DNA of 64,000 nt from Octopus sinensis (GCF_006345805.1 NC_043013.1:38130001-38194000); one strand, 5' to 3'. Positions 25,571-38,695 are shown, counted from the first letter of the stretch. Program-made: numbers and translations. The notes: generated by a model from the sequence alone, not told the origin.

Positions 25571-26474
25571 CACGTGAATACTGAAAAGTTTTCAATATGT
25601 TTAATATTAAAGTTTGCTATTCCTGTTTTAAATAATATCACTTCCAGCATTGCACAACGAAAATGCATATTTGCAGTCAAAAACCAATCCATTTGTCTTC
25701 AGTTCCCAAAACTTTACCAGTTGTCCGCTGACGGAATGCTGCCTAACTTAAATCCCTTAATATTGTGGCAGGGAAACTACTCCGAGTTTACTACTTATAC
25801 TTTCAAAGAATCACACATTTAGAATTATGAACAGGGAATATGTACTCCTATCACCTTTTTCTTTTGGAAGCTTAGAGTCCAAGAAAATGGCTGCCTTACT
25901 TAAACCTCTTTCATTCTACATAGGGCACTTGTATGTTATTTAGGATTTCTAGGTGATAGCTCTGTTTGCTTGACCAAAGAGCAGAAACATTAGAAGAAAA
26001 GAAATCATTTCGGCTTTTCTTCACTTCAACTTTTTTCTTGAGTCAGTCCGACCAAACATATACATTAAAGAATGTCACCAAAAAGTAAAAAGTTGTTTCC
26101 CTCCCTTGCGAACGAAATTTCACCTTGGCAGACATTTCTATCTTATACTATAAAATTGCCTTTACTACATACAAAATCTTGATGTGTATTATACTGCTGA
26201 TTGTAAATATTACCATTGTAAGGCCAAACAGATCTAGGTGCCTAGCTAATCAGCGACCAATTAGGTATCAGCTATCAAAGCAAGATTAAACAAAGATTCT
26301 CTCATCGCTGGTATCGTATCGTTTAGAGACGTATCTTATGCCTGTGAAACTTTGAATGATAGTTATGCAGCAATCTTTTATCTACCTATTTATCTATATC
26401 TATCAATCTAACTCTCTTTTTTCTCTCTTTCTCTCTCTCTACATACATACACACACACACACACACATACCATA

Positions 26475-26519
<45 letters not shown>

Positions 26520-26526
26520 TACATAT

Positions 26527-26633
<107 letters not shown>

Positions 26634-26639
26634 TAGATA

Positions 26640-26900
26640 TATATAGTTGGAATTTACAGAAAAACAACAGACGGGGACAGGTGTATGAACAACAAGTAGG
26701 TGCATTAGTTTCACGCTCGGCAAAATGAGAAAGTCTTTTTCATTTCGAGCCTATGCTCTTCAACAGAAAGGAATAAGAGAAAATAAACAGAGAGAGAATT
26801 TAAAAAACTTGTGGGTTTAGCGGTCAAACATAGTGACTGGTTGGAAAAAAAAGATTTGATAGGAGAGGTAGAAAGTAGGGAAGATAATAATAAAGTATTG
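26640..26900 (-). mobile_element. PLE-type terminal repeat with hammerhead-like motif
   Basis: Minus strand CTTT-CTGTTGAA-GAGC(atag)GCTC-GAAA at 26734-26771; abuts (GATA)n. Confidence 0.5.
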
Positions 26901-27239
26901 ATGATCCTAAAACGAAGGTGCGTGTGCGCGTGTCTGTATGTGAGAATGTGTAGTGTGTGTGTGTGTGGATAGGGGCTAGTGACTTTGGCGTCTGTGAATG
27001 TGTGCGTGTATATGTGCATCTTTATTGTATGAGTGTGTAGGTGTGCGGACGATAGTGTGTGAGTGTGCGGTTGATGGTGTGTGGTTGTGGGTGCTGGATA
27101 ATGGTCAGGGCTAGTGTGTGTGGAGTGGTGAGGGGTGGTATGATATGTATATATACACACACAGTGAAAGAGACAGAGAGAAAGACATAGCTATAGCTAC
27201 AGCGTCACAATTGCACACTACAAGCCAAAACCTTAGTAG

Positions 27240-28140
27240 TTTAGAAGCGGACATCATTGACATGATAAAAAAGGTAAGATATTAAATAACATAACAACGT
27301 CTTCCAGAACAAAATACAAGCAGACATTAGACTGTTACGTGACGTTGGAGAAAATATCATATTTGCAGACGAGGCAAAAGTTCCTATCATTGCATAACGA
27401 GAACATACAAAGAAAGTTAACCCTAACACATACGATGCAAGAAGAATAAACGCTAGAGAACTAACAACAAAATTACAAATCGTGACAGAATTGAATGCCT
27501 TGCAAAAATCAAACCAATATAACACAGAAGGATCTCAAAGACAACAATGCAAACAGTTTCAAATGCTGAGTAATATATCCCTTAGAACTTAGCATAGTAA
27601 GATAAAAAAATATTAGAAGAATCAACTTCACAATGTGATAAGACAACCGGAAGTATACAATGGAAAAAGATGCATCCATTTTAGTTTGGTTTACCGACAT
27701 AAATGGCAAATTGACTTATACATTTATATTACGTGACGTCATTCATTGTAATGGAACGTTCTTATAAGTTGAAAGTAAGTATGCCGAGACGTTCGGTTCA
27801 TTCATCGTTTAAAAATGGACAACATTATGCATGCAAGAATATCTCTCCTTGTCTACAACTTGGACCGAGTGAAACAAGTAAATGATGAACTCTTTGATAC
27901 AATTATGGAACACAATGATGAAGGAGAAACATGTAAACTAGTGCAATGTGGCTAGAAGGAATAAGTAAAATGTCCACAAAATACAATATCGTCCTGCATA
28001 GGGACAATAGTCTGACCAGACAGATACAAAGGCGAAAATTTCAGGGTAGACCTGATATAGAGCTTTAGAGAATTCGACCTAGACGTTACAGCAACAAGCT
28101 ATATTAACGTAACATAAAATCTGGACATAGGAAACCACTT
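27240..28140 (+). pseudogene. Decayed Penelope-like reverse transcriptase
   Basis: Frameshifted pieces NVFQNKIQADI, IIFADEAK, DRIECLAK, VWFTDI, IMHARISLL, LFDTIMEHNDEGETC and LHRDNSL follow the PLE RT motif order. Confidence 0.75.
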
Positions 28141-28184
28141 CTATTGACGACTTAATGAGGTACCTTTATATATAAACAGAATAG

Positions 28185-28510
28185 TCAAGAAGGAAGGCGA
28201 AGAGATTGCTAGATACAACCCTCTTAAGTACGAAATAGCCTGGCCATGGAAAATGAAGAAAGTGAAGATAGTGACGATTACTGTTGGGTCCTTGTGAACA
28301 GTATCAGGAAGCATCCAACGGAATAGCAAGGAAATTGGTATAGAGTACCCAGTAGAACTGTTACAAGAGGTATGTCTCCTCGGCACGACCATAAACATCA
28401 GGAAAGTATTACATAGCTGAAAAGAACGGTTACATAGGCTGCAGGTAACAATTCCACTACGCATGAAAGACTCGAGAAGTTTCAACAAAACCTGTGATAA
28501 AAAGAAAATA
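28185..28510 (+). mobile_element. R4/Dong-type (RLE) LINE 3' end
   Basis: EIARYNPLKYEIAWPWKMKKVKIVTITVGSL ... LLQEVCLLGTTINIRKVL, then 3'UTR and (AAT)n/(GAT)n tail. Confidence 0.78.
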
Positions 28511-28584
28511 ATAATAATGATGATGATGATGATGATGATGATGATAGCAACAGCAACAAAACAACAAAGTGAGCTCTCAGAATC

Positions 28585-28775
28585 CTTAACACACCAGGCA
28601 AGATGCTCAGGTGGCATTTCGTCCATCTTTTCGACCTGAATTCAAATACCGCCCAGGTCAACTTCGCCCTTTATCCTTTTGATATCGATGAAATAAGTAC
28701 CAGTTAAGTACTAGGGGTCGATGAAACCGATTAAACCTTTCTCACAAGATTGATGGCCTTGTGTCTATAGTGGAA
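28585..28775 (+). mobile_element. SINE-B, degenerate
   Basis: Head and central domain recognisable. Confidence 0.7.
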
Positions 28776-28961
28776 ATGATCGTTAGGTGATTATCGATTT
28801 TTATACCTTGGTCAGGTTCTAACGGCTGGGGATGTATAACGGCTTCAGTTGTTCACTGCCAGTAAACTGAAGTAGCAGCCCTTATTTTTCTATAACACTC
28901 TGGAGTATTCGAGCTTTTTCGAGCAGCAACTTCTCCTCCGGATTGCAAAAACTAGTTCTCT

Positions 28962-29210
28962 TTTCTCTTTTACTTGTTTCAGTCATTTGACTGCGGCCAT
29001 GCTGGAGTACCGCCTTTAGTAGAACAAATCGACCCCAGGACTTATTCTTTGTAAGCCTAGTACTTATTCTATCGGTCCCTTTTGCCGAACCGTTAAGTTA
29101 CGGGGACGTAAACACATCAGCATCGGTTTTCAAGCGACGTTGGGAGGACAAACAGAAATACAAGCACACACACCACACACATATATTATCTATCTATCTA
29201 TCTATATCTA

Positions 29211-29291
<81 letters not shown>

Positions 29292-29455
29292 TATGACGGG
29301 CTTCTTTTAGTTTCCGTCTACCAAATCCATTCACAAGGCTTTGGTCGCCCAGAGGCTATAGTAGAAGACACTTGCCCAAAGTGCCACGCAGTGGGACTGA
29401 ACCCGGAGCTATGTGATTGGTAAGCAAGCTACTTACCACACAGCCACTCCTGCGC
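28962..29455 (-). mobile_element. SINE-A with ~140-bp internal microsatellite
   Basis: Family A match. Confidence 0.93.
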
Positions 29456-29536
29456 TTGTTGTTCTATATATTTCATAAGACATTTATTTACTGTTCCAAA
29501 GGCTCTGACAATTATTGGAATTGCTACCAACTTTTC

Positions 29537-29692
29537 AGGCGGCGTGCAGGCACAATCGTTAGCACTCTGGATGAAATGCTTCGCGGTATTTCGCCCGTCG
29601 CTATGTTCTGAGTTCAAATTCCGCCGTGGAATTCCGAGCAGTTCCCTCCCACCAAATGTGAGACCTTGTGCCTCCAGTAGAAAAGATTATTT
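29537..29692 (+). mobile_element. SINE-B2 with internal deletion
   Basis: Head and B box joined directly to the CCTTGTGCCT..GTAGAAAAGATTATT tail. Confidence 0.75.
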
Positions 29693-29699
29693 TTATTAT

Positions 29700-30266
29700 T
29701 ATTGAGTGAGAAAACAGTGCATGCCATCAAGGTGACACTGGGGTAAAATATACGCAGCCCAGTATATATATATATCATGACTGCCTGTCTGATAAGGGTC
29801 CGCCAGGCACCTGCATCACAGCCATATTTGCACAACATGGTGATCTCATATCAAGATTAACAACGCATCACCTTGCAGTTGGGGCGGGCCCGATTGGAAT
29901 TTTCTCCAGGTAGAGTAGCCCATCCCGTTCAGAAGGTCTCTGAATAAGGGTTGTATAAGGATGTTGAACGAAACACTCATGTTTCCAAATGTGAACTATT
30001 GAAACCACCAACGAATTCCTCTGAATACATGGCTCTGATGGTCTCCCACTACTTCTGCTCGTAACCAGAAATGCAACTTATCGTCAGCTACTACGGAGCA
30101 TGCTCAACTGGTTACGGTCAAACAGCTGACAAGCAAATCTGTGGTATTAAGCCGAATGTTTGTGGTAGCCCATATTTAATACCAAGACGAAACAATGTTT
30201 AAGATAACACTCCCAATCAGTTAAGATGAGAAGACACGAAAGGCAATGCCTGGTACTGACCAAGGG
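29700..30266. mobile_element. ~565-bp non-coding element bounded by ATT repeats
   Basis: GC-richer block between short (TTA)n at about 29690 and long (TTA)n at 30267; I recall a similar repeat from octopus DNA but cannot verify. Confidence 0.45.
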
Positions 30267-30286
30267 CATTTATTATTATTATTATA

Positions 30287-30348
<62 letters not shown>

Positions 30349-30356
30349 TATTATTC

Positions 30357-30693
30357 AGTAGTTTTATTTTTATAGCGTGCTTTCACTTCACTACCGAGCG
30401 CAGCTCTGTGTGCCTTGGGTATGTGTTGTGATTTGTTGTGATGCTCTGATGGTTATTGTATGGAAAGTGTTCTGCGTAGGATGTATGCAGTGCCTAGTAG
30501 TGCAATTTTCTGTATGTTATATGTGTTTATAAGTCCTGGTGTTTTTGTTATGTATTTGCCTGAATATTTTTTTAACATGCCTCATGCACCTACTATGATA
30601 GGAATTGTTTCTGTTTTCAGATTCCACATACTGGTTACCTCTATTTCCAGGTCTTTGTATTTTGAGAGTTTCTCCATTTCTTTTAGAGACGCG
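30357..30693 (-). mobile_element. 5'-truncated R4/Dong-type LINE flanked by (AAT)n on both sides
   Basis: SLKEMEKLSKYKDLEIEVTSMWNLKTETIPIIVGA*GM ... IQKIALLGTAYILRRTLSIQ*. Confidence 0.88.
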
Positions 30694-30749
<56 letters not shown>

Positions 30750-30996
30750 ATTATTATTATTCAATGACTATTTCTCTGCTTGTCACAGAAATTTCCTTTG
30801 ATTTTAGTGATTCAATCAAACAGCTGTTGCTTATTATGTTCAACCACTTTACGCCTTTGCTCATTGAGCTAAACAATATAATACTTTCACAGATAAACAC
30901 ACATATAAAAATAGATAAATAGAAACACACCAGAAAACGACATACATACATGCATACAGATATTGCGTGTGTGTGTGTGAGTATATGTTTGTTTGC

Positions 30997-31040
<44 letters not shown>

Positions 31041-31409
31041 AGACGAAGGTAGAGAGAAAATTAATTGTTAATTGAAAGCTAACATGGAAAATATATTGAA
31101 TACTTCGTCTTAATCGATAAACAGTAATGGGTCTTGTGAGAAATGTCGACACACCCAGCTGTTTATATACATACATATACACATAATATATATATATTTA
31201 TATATATATATATACATAGTAAACATATATATATATGTATGTATATGTATTTATATACATGTATGTGTGTATATTTTATGTATGTATGTATGTCTCCATA
31301 TACATATGCGTTTCAGCTTTCAAATACAAAGTTAGGTGCTGTGTATGGCCTCGCTTAAATTATTCCGATATGGTGCAAATACGTGTGTGTGTGTGTTTGT
31401 GTGTGTGTG

Positions 31410-31444
<35 letters not shown>

Positions 31445-31699
31445 AACAGAGAGGAACAGAAGAAAATTAGAAACTGAACTTAAAGAGAGTGTAGGGGCAG
31501 TAAACTAGTAGCTCGGTTACGTTGCATAGCTGTACATAAAAAGTGAAATTTGGAATATATGAGAAAAAAAATTGAATTTAGAAACCTAAAGAACATAAAT
31601 AAATCTTTATATAAAACCAAATTTTGCTGTAACTGATAAGATAACTGAAGAAATTGCGAATTTTAAGTCGTAAAATATGTCAGCTTATAGCAATACGTT

Positions 31700-31810
31700 A
31701 GCAGTATTTGAGTTGGAAATAATTAGCATTATCTAGCTACAAAGAAAATATGCAGCTCTATAATTGCTGTTACTGTGAGTGCAGAGAATGGTTTCGTGAA
31801 GCAACCGATG
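31700..31810 (+). pseudogene. Possible hAT transposase C-terminal relic
   Basis: IAVTVSAENGFVK resembles PVTVASAERSFS; short and degenerate. Confidence 0.3.
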
Positions 31811-33354
31811 TTACAGCCGAGACAGAACATCCGGGAGGATCAGCTGTTACATGAATCTTGAGTTCATAAAGTCCTAAAGAATTGTTTTTTTTTTGTCTTT
31901 CATTATTATCATACTATGGTCTTTGATCTTTGATCAACCAGTGATTTGACTCTAAGCATTCAAGGCATTATATATCTCATATGAGTTAGGGGAAGGATAA
32001 ACCTCAGACTAAACTATCTAATCTGTTCTTTTTGTATTTCTCTTTACTCCATTTCCTATTCATTTCTTTTTTGTTCATATAGCCCCGGTCAATACTTTTC
32101 CTAAATGCATTTATTTTTCTATTATCGTTTCATTTTCTAAAACTCATTTCTAATTGTAGGATATGATTTTGTGTCTTTGTTTATGCACATGTTTGTGTGT
32201 ATGTGTGAGCGTGAGTGGGGCATTGCGTTCAAAATTGCAACATATTTAATTTTTCTGCAGTGAACAAACAGCAAGCAGCAAAAGCTATGCTTAAACATTG
32301 CCATTGTCTCTATTTCCCCAGTTGTTTGAAATAATTTCTAACCTTGTAGTTGTTGCATTCAACTGTAATACGTAGGTCAGAAAATATTATTTATGGTAGT
32401 GCAAAATTTTATTACGATTTCATGCATATACACATTTCACACATATATACTCCTATGCTTATATGCATCACAAACACTCACACATACATATATTAGAATT
32501 AAATATTGATGATGTACAATATATGCCGTGAGATGAACACGTGACGAGAAACAATATTCATACAAACATGTATAGTAGATATATAACTTATCGTTTGTTA
32601 TGATCATCTCTACAGATTTTCTATGGAAGGTGTTCAATATACTTCGTAGTATATTATAGTTGCATAACGAAATACGGTGTCCCTACAGGTCATTAATACT
32701 TATCGAATCCTGTTTTGATTGTAGGAGTTATACGTCCTTCACGTTACGTATTGGTTAAATTGAACAGGTTCAAGATACTGCTAGAAAAATTTTTTATTGA
32801 GCTCTTAATATTTTCTAAACTTGTCCAACTCATATCATTTGCTACTGGTGTACATAACCAACCTATCATCTCTATATAGTCCCCTGCTAGTGGATTGTAT
32901 ACCTTTTTTTTTAACGTAAATGTCTATAATGATCGCTACGACTAATTCGTTCTTTCATCATCCATGTAGCTACTCATGATTACATATGTAAGTTCATTTC
33001 CATATTTTTTAGCCCAGAATTTTTCAGCATTAACACGTTAATGACCTCCTAACATAGATTATTTATATCAATATATGTATAACATAAGTTGTAAAGTATC
33101 TTCTTAGCTGAACAGTTATATTTCCGAGAAAAAAATAGATGTAATGGGTTGCATTTAATAACAATGAACAATCAAAATCGACCGCTGGATTTGTCGATAA
33201 TTTCGTAGGTATGTCTTTATCAAATTCTAGTTCTATCTATTAATATGTATATTCAAAAATACATATGCTCGGATACTTATATATATATATGTGTGTGTTG
33301 TGTGTGTGTGTGTATTATATATATATATTATATACATATAAATATATATATTCC

Positions 33355-33450
33355 TTCTTTCCTTCTTTCCTGAGCGTCCAATAATACTATATTTGTTCCA
33401 CGTCCTCGCGTTGTTGTGGTTTTTGTGCTTTCTTGTTTGGATTAACTATA
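33355..33450 (+). mobile_element. PLE-type terminal repeat (family P1), truncated
   Basis: CTGAGCGTCCAATAATAC...GGATTAACTA followed by (TA)n. Confidence 0.75.
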
Positions 33451-33593
33451 TATATATATATATATATATACATAATTGAGATTCAGTTGAAATTGGGTAC
33501 TTACGTTGAAGCACCAAAATTAGTGCAGTATTATCCGTACAACTCAAAGTAAGCTGAATAAAATCAAAATAAGCAACAGGATATCCAGAGGTG

Positions 33594-33681
33594 ATGCAGT
33601 ACGACCGTTTCAGGCGATTCTATTTAATCGAACAACGCAATCATTCCATCGATTTAAATGCAGGGCTATCATCAGCTGCAT
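33594..33681 (-). ncRNA. Type I hammerhead ribozyme-like motif in a PLE-type terminus
   Basis: Stem I ATGCAG/CTGCAT, CTGATGA, extended but imperfect stem II, GAAA, stem III ACG/CGT, triplet GTA. Confidence 0.65.
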
Positions 33682-34005
33682 AATTAAATAAAATTTTTGT
33701 TAAGCAGTCGGACACATCACTATAATTTTACTTAAATACTCTAATAGAGCAAGATAGACAAAGTCCATGCTGCTACTACTGTAGCTTAGAATATACTAGA
33801 CTTCAAGAAATGTATGAGAGTCTGTTGGGGGTTACAGCTTGTAAGGGATTTTGGTTCAGTTTTAATTTATTAGTCTTGTTTCTCAATTACCAAATCTAAG
33901 ACTAGAATACTGTGTCTGTTTGGAATGGAGAGCAGGAGTGAGTTGACAGTACATGATTGGGTATGGTCATAGACATTGTCAAGATCTATTTGAAGTAGTA
34001 AATAG

Positions 34006-34332
34006 CACGTGGGTGGATTTAGTAGACATAACCTGAAAGAAGCCCGTCATAGACACACACATACTCACACACACACACACCACACACACTCCTACACACA
34101 TCACATATACACGTACATGTTTGTGTGTGTGTTTTTTGTGTGTATTTTGTGTGTGTGTGTGAGTATGTGTGTGTCTATGACGGGCTTCTTTCAGGTTATG
34201 TCTACTAAATCCACCCACGTGGTTTTGCTCGGCCCCAAGGCTATAGCAGAAGTCACTTGCCCAAGGTGCCACACGGTGGAAGGGGGGTGGATCCACAACT
34301 TTGTGGTTGATAAACAAATTTCTTACCACACA
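34006..34332 (-). mobile_element. SINE-A 5' half (34175-34332) with foldback inverted duplication (34006-34221)
   Basis: ~74-bp arms are exact reverse complements, including non-consensus bases. Confidence 0.93.
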
Positions 34333-34673
34333 GATACTAATCAGAAACATTAGTAAGATCTATACATCGGAAATATGTGTGTGCGTGTGTGTGCATGTGT
34401 GTGGTTAAGTGTGTGTGCTTGTGTGTGTATACAAATATATATAGACATACAATGTACGCAAATATATTCACACACGAATACAAATTATTTGTAAATTCAC
34501 AGTTGTGAGGCGACCCTCTATAATTGAACGCTACACGATCCATCCTGAAACAATTGTAATTCTCACTATATGAGAATGAAACGTTCTGATTTAAAGCCAG
34601 CTGCACGAAAATGCCATCCTCTTAATCCCTTATGCGAAATTCTCTCATTTAAAACAAAATAACATGTATATAT

Positions 34674-34874
34674 AGGCGCTGGAGTGGCAGTGTGGTAAGA
34701 AGCTTGCTTCCCAACCACATAGTTCTGGGTTCAGTTTCACTGCATGGCATCTTGGGCAAGTAACCTCAAGCGGACCAAAGCCTTGTGAATGGAACTGGTA
34801 AACAGAAACTGTAAGAAATCCGTTCGCATATATATATATATATAATATATATATATATTATATATATATATATA

Positions 34875-34915
<41 letters not shown>

Positions 34916-35105
34916 GTGTATGTATGTATGTGTCTGTGCTTAACCCACACCATCTCTTCACAACCGATATTGATGTGTTAACGTCCCCCTAACTTAGCGG
35001 TTTGGCAAAAAGATAACACAATAAGTACTAGGTTTACAAAGTCCTGAGGTCAACTTATTCGACTAAAGGCTATGCTCCACCATGGCCGCATTCGAATGAC
35101 TGAAC
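34674..35105 (+). mobile_element. SINE-A, degenerate full length
   Basis: Family A match. Confidence 0.88.
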
Positions 35106-35216
35106 ATGTAAAAAGAAAATATACATTCGTAATATTACGTAAACTACATCCGTTGTGCTTTTGAAACAAATGTAATATTCGACAAATACTTCCATCCCTT
35201 TTATTTCCAAACATAT

Positions 35217-35261
<45 letters not shown>

Positions 35262-35614
35262 TACACAAACACACAAATATACCAACACACATACACACAG
35301 ATACACATGTACTAATGTTCTTTTTTTCTCTATTGAGTTATAATTACAACTTCGCAGTTATCTAAAGAATTCCTCAATAATTTTTGTAAATGATGTTATA
35401 TTTTTAGAAGGTGAACGTTACAGTTACTTCGAAGTACCAATCTACTACCGTCATTTATAAAATGAACAAAATTCAAACACACACACATGTTTATTTGTAT
35501 ACGCACAAGTACACAAATATATACATATACTTATCTTATTTAGTCATGCACTCACACACTTTATGTACACATTAAATATTTGTGTATATATATATATTCT
35601 TTTACTCTTTTACA

Positions 35615-35945
35615 CTTTTACTTGTTTCAGTCATTTGACTGCACCCATGCTGGAGCACCGCCTTTAGTCGAACAAATCGACCCCAGGACTTATTCTTTGT
35701 AAACGTAGTACTTATTCTATCAGTCGCTTTGCCGAACCGCTAAGTGACGGGACGTAAACACACCAGCATCGGTTCTCAAGCGATGTTGGGGGAGGACAAA
35801 CACAGACACACAAACACATATATACGACAGGCTTCATTTCAGTTTCCGTCTACCAAATCTACTCACACTTTGGTCGGCCCGAGACTATACTAGAAGACAC
35901 TTGCTCAAGGTTCCACGCAGTGGGACTGAACCCAGAACAATGTGG
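35615..35945 (-). mobile_element. SINE-A lacking head
   Basis: Family A match. Confidence 0.9.
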
Positions 35946-36073
35946 TTTGTAGTGCATGTATTTATATATATATATGCATATATATATGTTTGTATATATT
36001 AGTGTATATATATGTATGTATGTATATATGTTACACACCACACACACACACAAACACAAACACAACACACACA

Positions 36074-36151
<78 letters not shown>

Positions 36152-36361
36152 TATATATATATGTATAATCATAAATATATACTCATGAATTTACACACAT
36201 ACAGCTGCTGAAGAAAGAATTCACAGATATATATACGTTTTCACATCTAGTATTACAAAATAAAAGCTCGAATGAATTACTAGATTGAACGCAATCTATA
36301 TCATTCATTTACGGTAAAGTTAATACATGCATCTAGTCTTCAACCCAAATTGAGTATGATC

Positions 36362-36429
<68 letters not shown>

Positions 36430-37374
36430 TAATCATTCTACCAGCGTAAAAATGATTCTTGTAAAAATGGAACATCTGTTATATTAAGGGGAGATACATG
36501 CATAAGCATATTTTGAGGCTCCTCTTATGACAAAATATTTATTGTGTATTTTTTCTTCTTTCTGGTTCATATATATATATATATTGTTCTGTCATTGTTT
36601 GTTTATCGTCCTTGTGTATGTAAATCAGCTATTTCTACACTAGCCCCAAACAATAGCGCACGTAGTTTACAATCACGGGTACATGTTTCCTGTTGAAATA
36701 CCAGCCCGAGATATTTTTCTCCCATACCCTTTTATGTGCGGGAAAAAAAAGGAAAACACGCATATGCATCCACAAACACATACATACACAAACAAACAGA
36801 CAGACACACATACAGACGGACAAATACACAAACACGCATCCCCCCCACACACACACACTCTCTCTCTCTCTCTCTATGTCTTTCTTGCACAATAGTCACA
36901 TCACACACACACACCCATATAAAAATGCCTTGTTGTATACCTCGGTCAGAAGAAGTAGCAAAATATTCATATTTGCATTATAATTCGGCGTTCGACATTT
37001 ATTTCTCATATTGTTGCAATTCTCTACGTTGGACAATACACTTAGCGGCATTTCGTTCGGTTTTACGTCCTGAGTTCAAATTACGCTGAGATCAACTTTT
37101 ATACTTTTATACTTTCGATGTCTACAAAATAAATACAGGTTGTGGGGCCGATATCATCAGCTAAACTCCTAAGATATTGCTGGTTTTCTGCCCAAGTCGG
37201 AAACCAGTTTATTCTCATCATTTTCTTGACTCGGGAATGGTATTGTTCTTGCTCGAAATAAAATCTTCCATTGTCGACTTTTCCTTTCAAGGTCAACAAA
37301 ATTGACCTTTCGAGGTTTAATAAAATAGTAATTTTGGCTCAAGGCTCTCAATTTCGGGTAAGGGGATAGTAATA

Positions 37375-37697
37375 GGATCACTCCGTCGGTTACGACGACG
37401 GGTCCCAGCTGATACGATCAACGGAGCAGCTTGCTCCGGAAATTAACGTGCAAGTAGCTGAGCATTCCACAGACACGTGTACCCTTAACGTAGTTCGCAA
37501 GGAGGTTCAGCGTGACACAGAGTGACAAGGCAGGCCCTTTTTGAAATAGAGGTACTACTCAATTTTGCCAGCTGAGTGAACTGGAGCTACGTGAAATAAA
37601 GTGTCTTGCGCAATGACACAACGCGTCGCCGGGAATCGAACTCACAACTTTACGATCATGAGCCGAATGCCCTAACCACTAAGCCACGCGCCCTCAC
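37375..37697 (-). mobile_element. SINE-C with 13-bp target-site duplication
   Basis: tRNA-like head; GGGTAAGGGGATA at 37356-37368 and 37699-37711. Confidence 0.9.
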
Positions 37698-37829
37698 TGG
37701 GTAAGGGGATAAGTCGACTGCGTCAAATCCAATGTTTAACTGGGGTTGATGACATCGCTTTGTCCCTTTCCCAGAAATTGCTGGACTTGATCCAAAAATA
37801 TCGTTATTATCTTTAATGTTATTATTACT

Positions 37830-38311
37830 GGGGCGGCGAGCTGACGCAATCGTTAGCATGATGGACGGAATGCTTAGCAGTATTTCGCCTGTCGCTACGT
37901 TCTGAGTTGAAAATCCGCTGAGATCGACTTTACCTTTCATCCTTTCGTGGTCGATAAATTATGTACCAGTTGTGTATTGTGGTTGATCTAATCAACTGGC
38001 ACCCTCCCTAATATTTTCGGTCCTTGTGCCTCTAGAAGAAAGGATTATTACTCAGGCGGCGAGAAGGCAGAATGGTTAGCACGCTGGGCAAAATGCTTAA
38101 CGGTATTTCGTCCGTCTTCAGGTTCTGAGTTCAAATCCCGCCAGGGTCGACTTTGCCTTTCACCCTTAGGGATCGATAAATTAAGTACCAGTGAAACACT
38201 GGGGTCGATGTCATCGACTTATCGTCTCTCCCAATATTTCAGGCCTTCTACCATTAATAGAAAGGGTTGTTATTGTTGTTATCATCATCATCGTCATCAT
38301 CATCATCATCA

Positions 38312-38369
<58 letters not shown>

Positions 38370-38540
38370 CATCATCATCATTATCATTATTATTATTACT
38401 AAGGCGGCGAGCGGGCAGAATCGTTAACACGGGGCGAAATGTGCTTAGCGGTAATCTGTTTCCCCTTACGGTCTGAGTTCAGATTCCGCCGAGGTTGACT
38501 TTGCCTTTTATCCTTTCAAGGTCGATAAAATTAAGTACCA
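37830..38540 (+). mobile_element. Three consecutive SINE-B copies separated by ATT/ATC repeats
   Basis: Heads at about 37830, 38053 and 38399, each preceded by ATTATTACT. Confidence 0.9.
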
Positions 38541-38695
38541 TACTATTCTTTTCAGCCCACTTGTGTATTTCATCCAGCTCACATTGCAGTTGCATAGTGT
38601 CTTCAGGGTTCTGTATTACCTGTGAGACTTTTGTATCATCTGCATAACTTGTGATCGTGGCCCTCTGTGTGACTGAGGGCATTACAGAAATGCTT
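38541..38695 (-). pseudogene. CR1/L2-type LINE reverse transcriptase fragment
   Basis: SYADDTKVSQVIQNPEDTMQLQCELDEIHKWAEKNSM (YADD motif; LQ.DL..L..W...N.M pattern). Confidence 0.85.
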
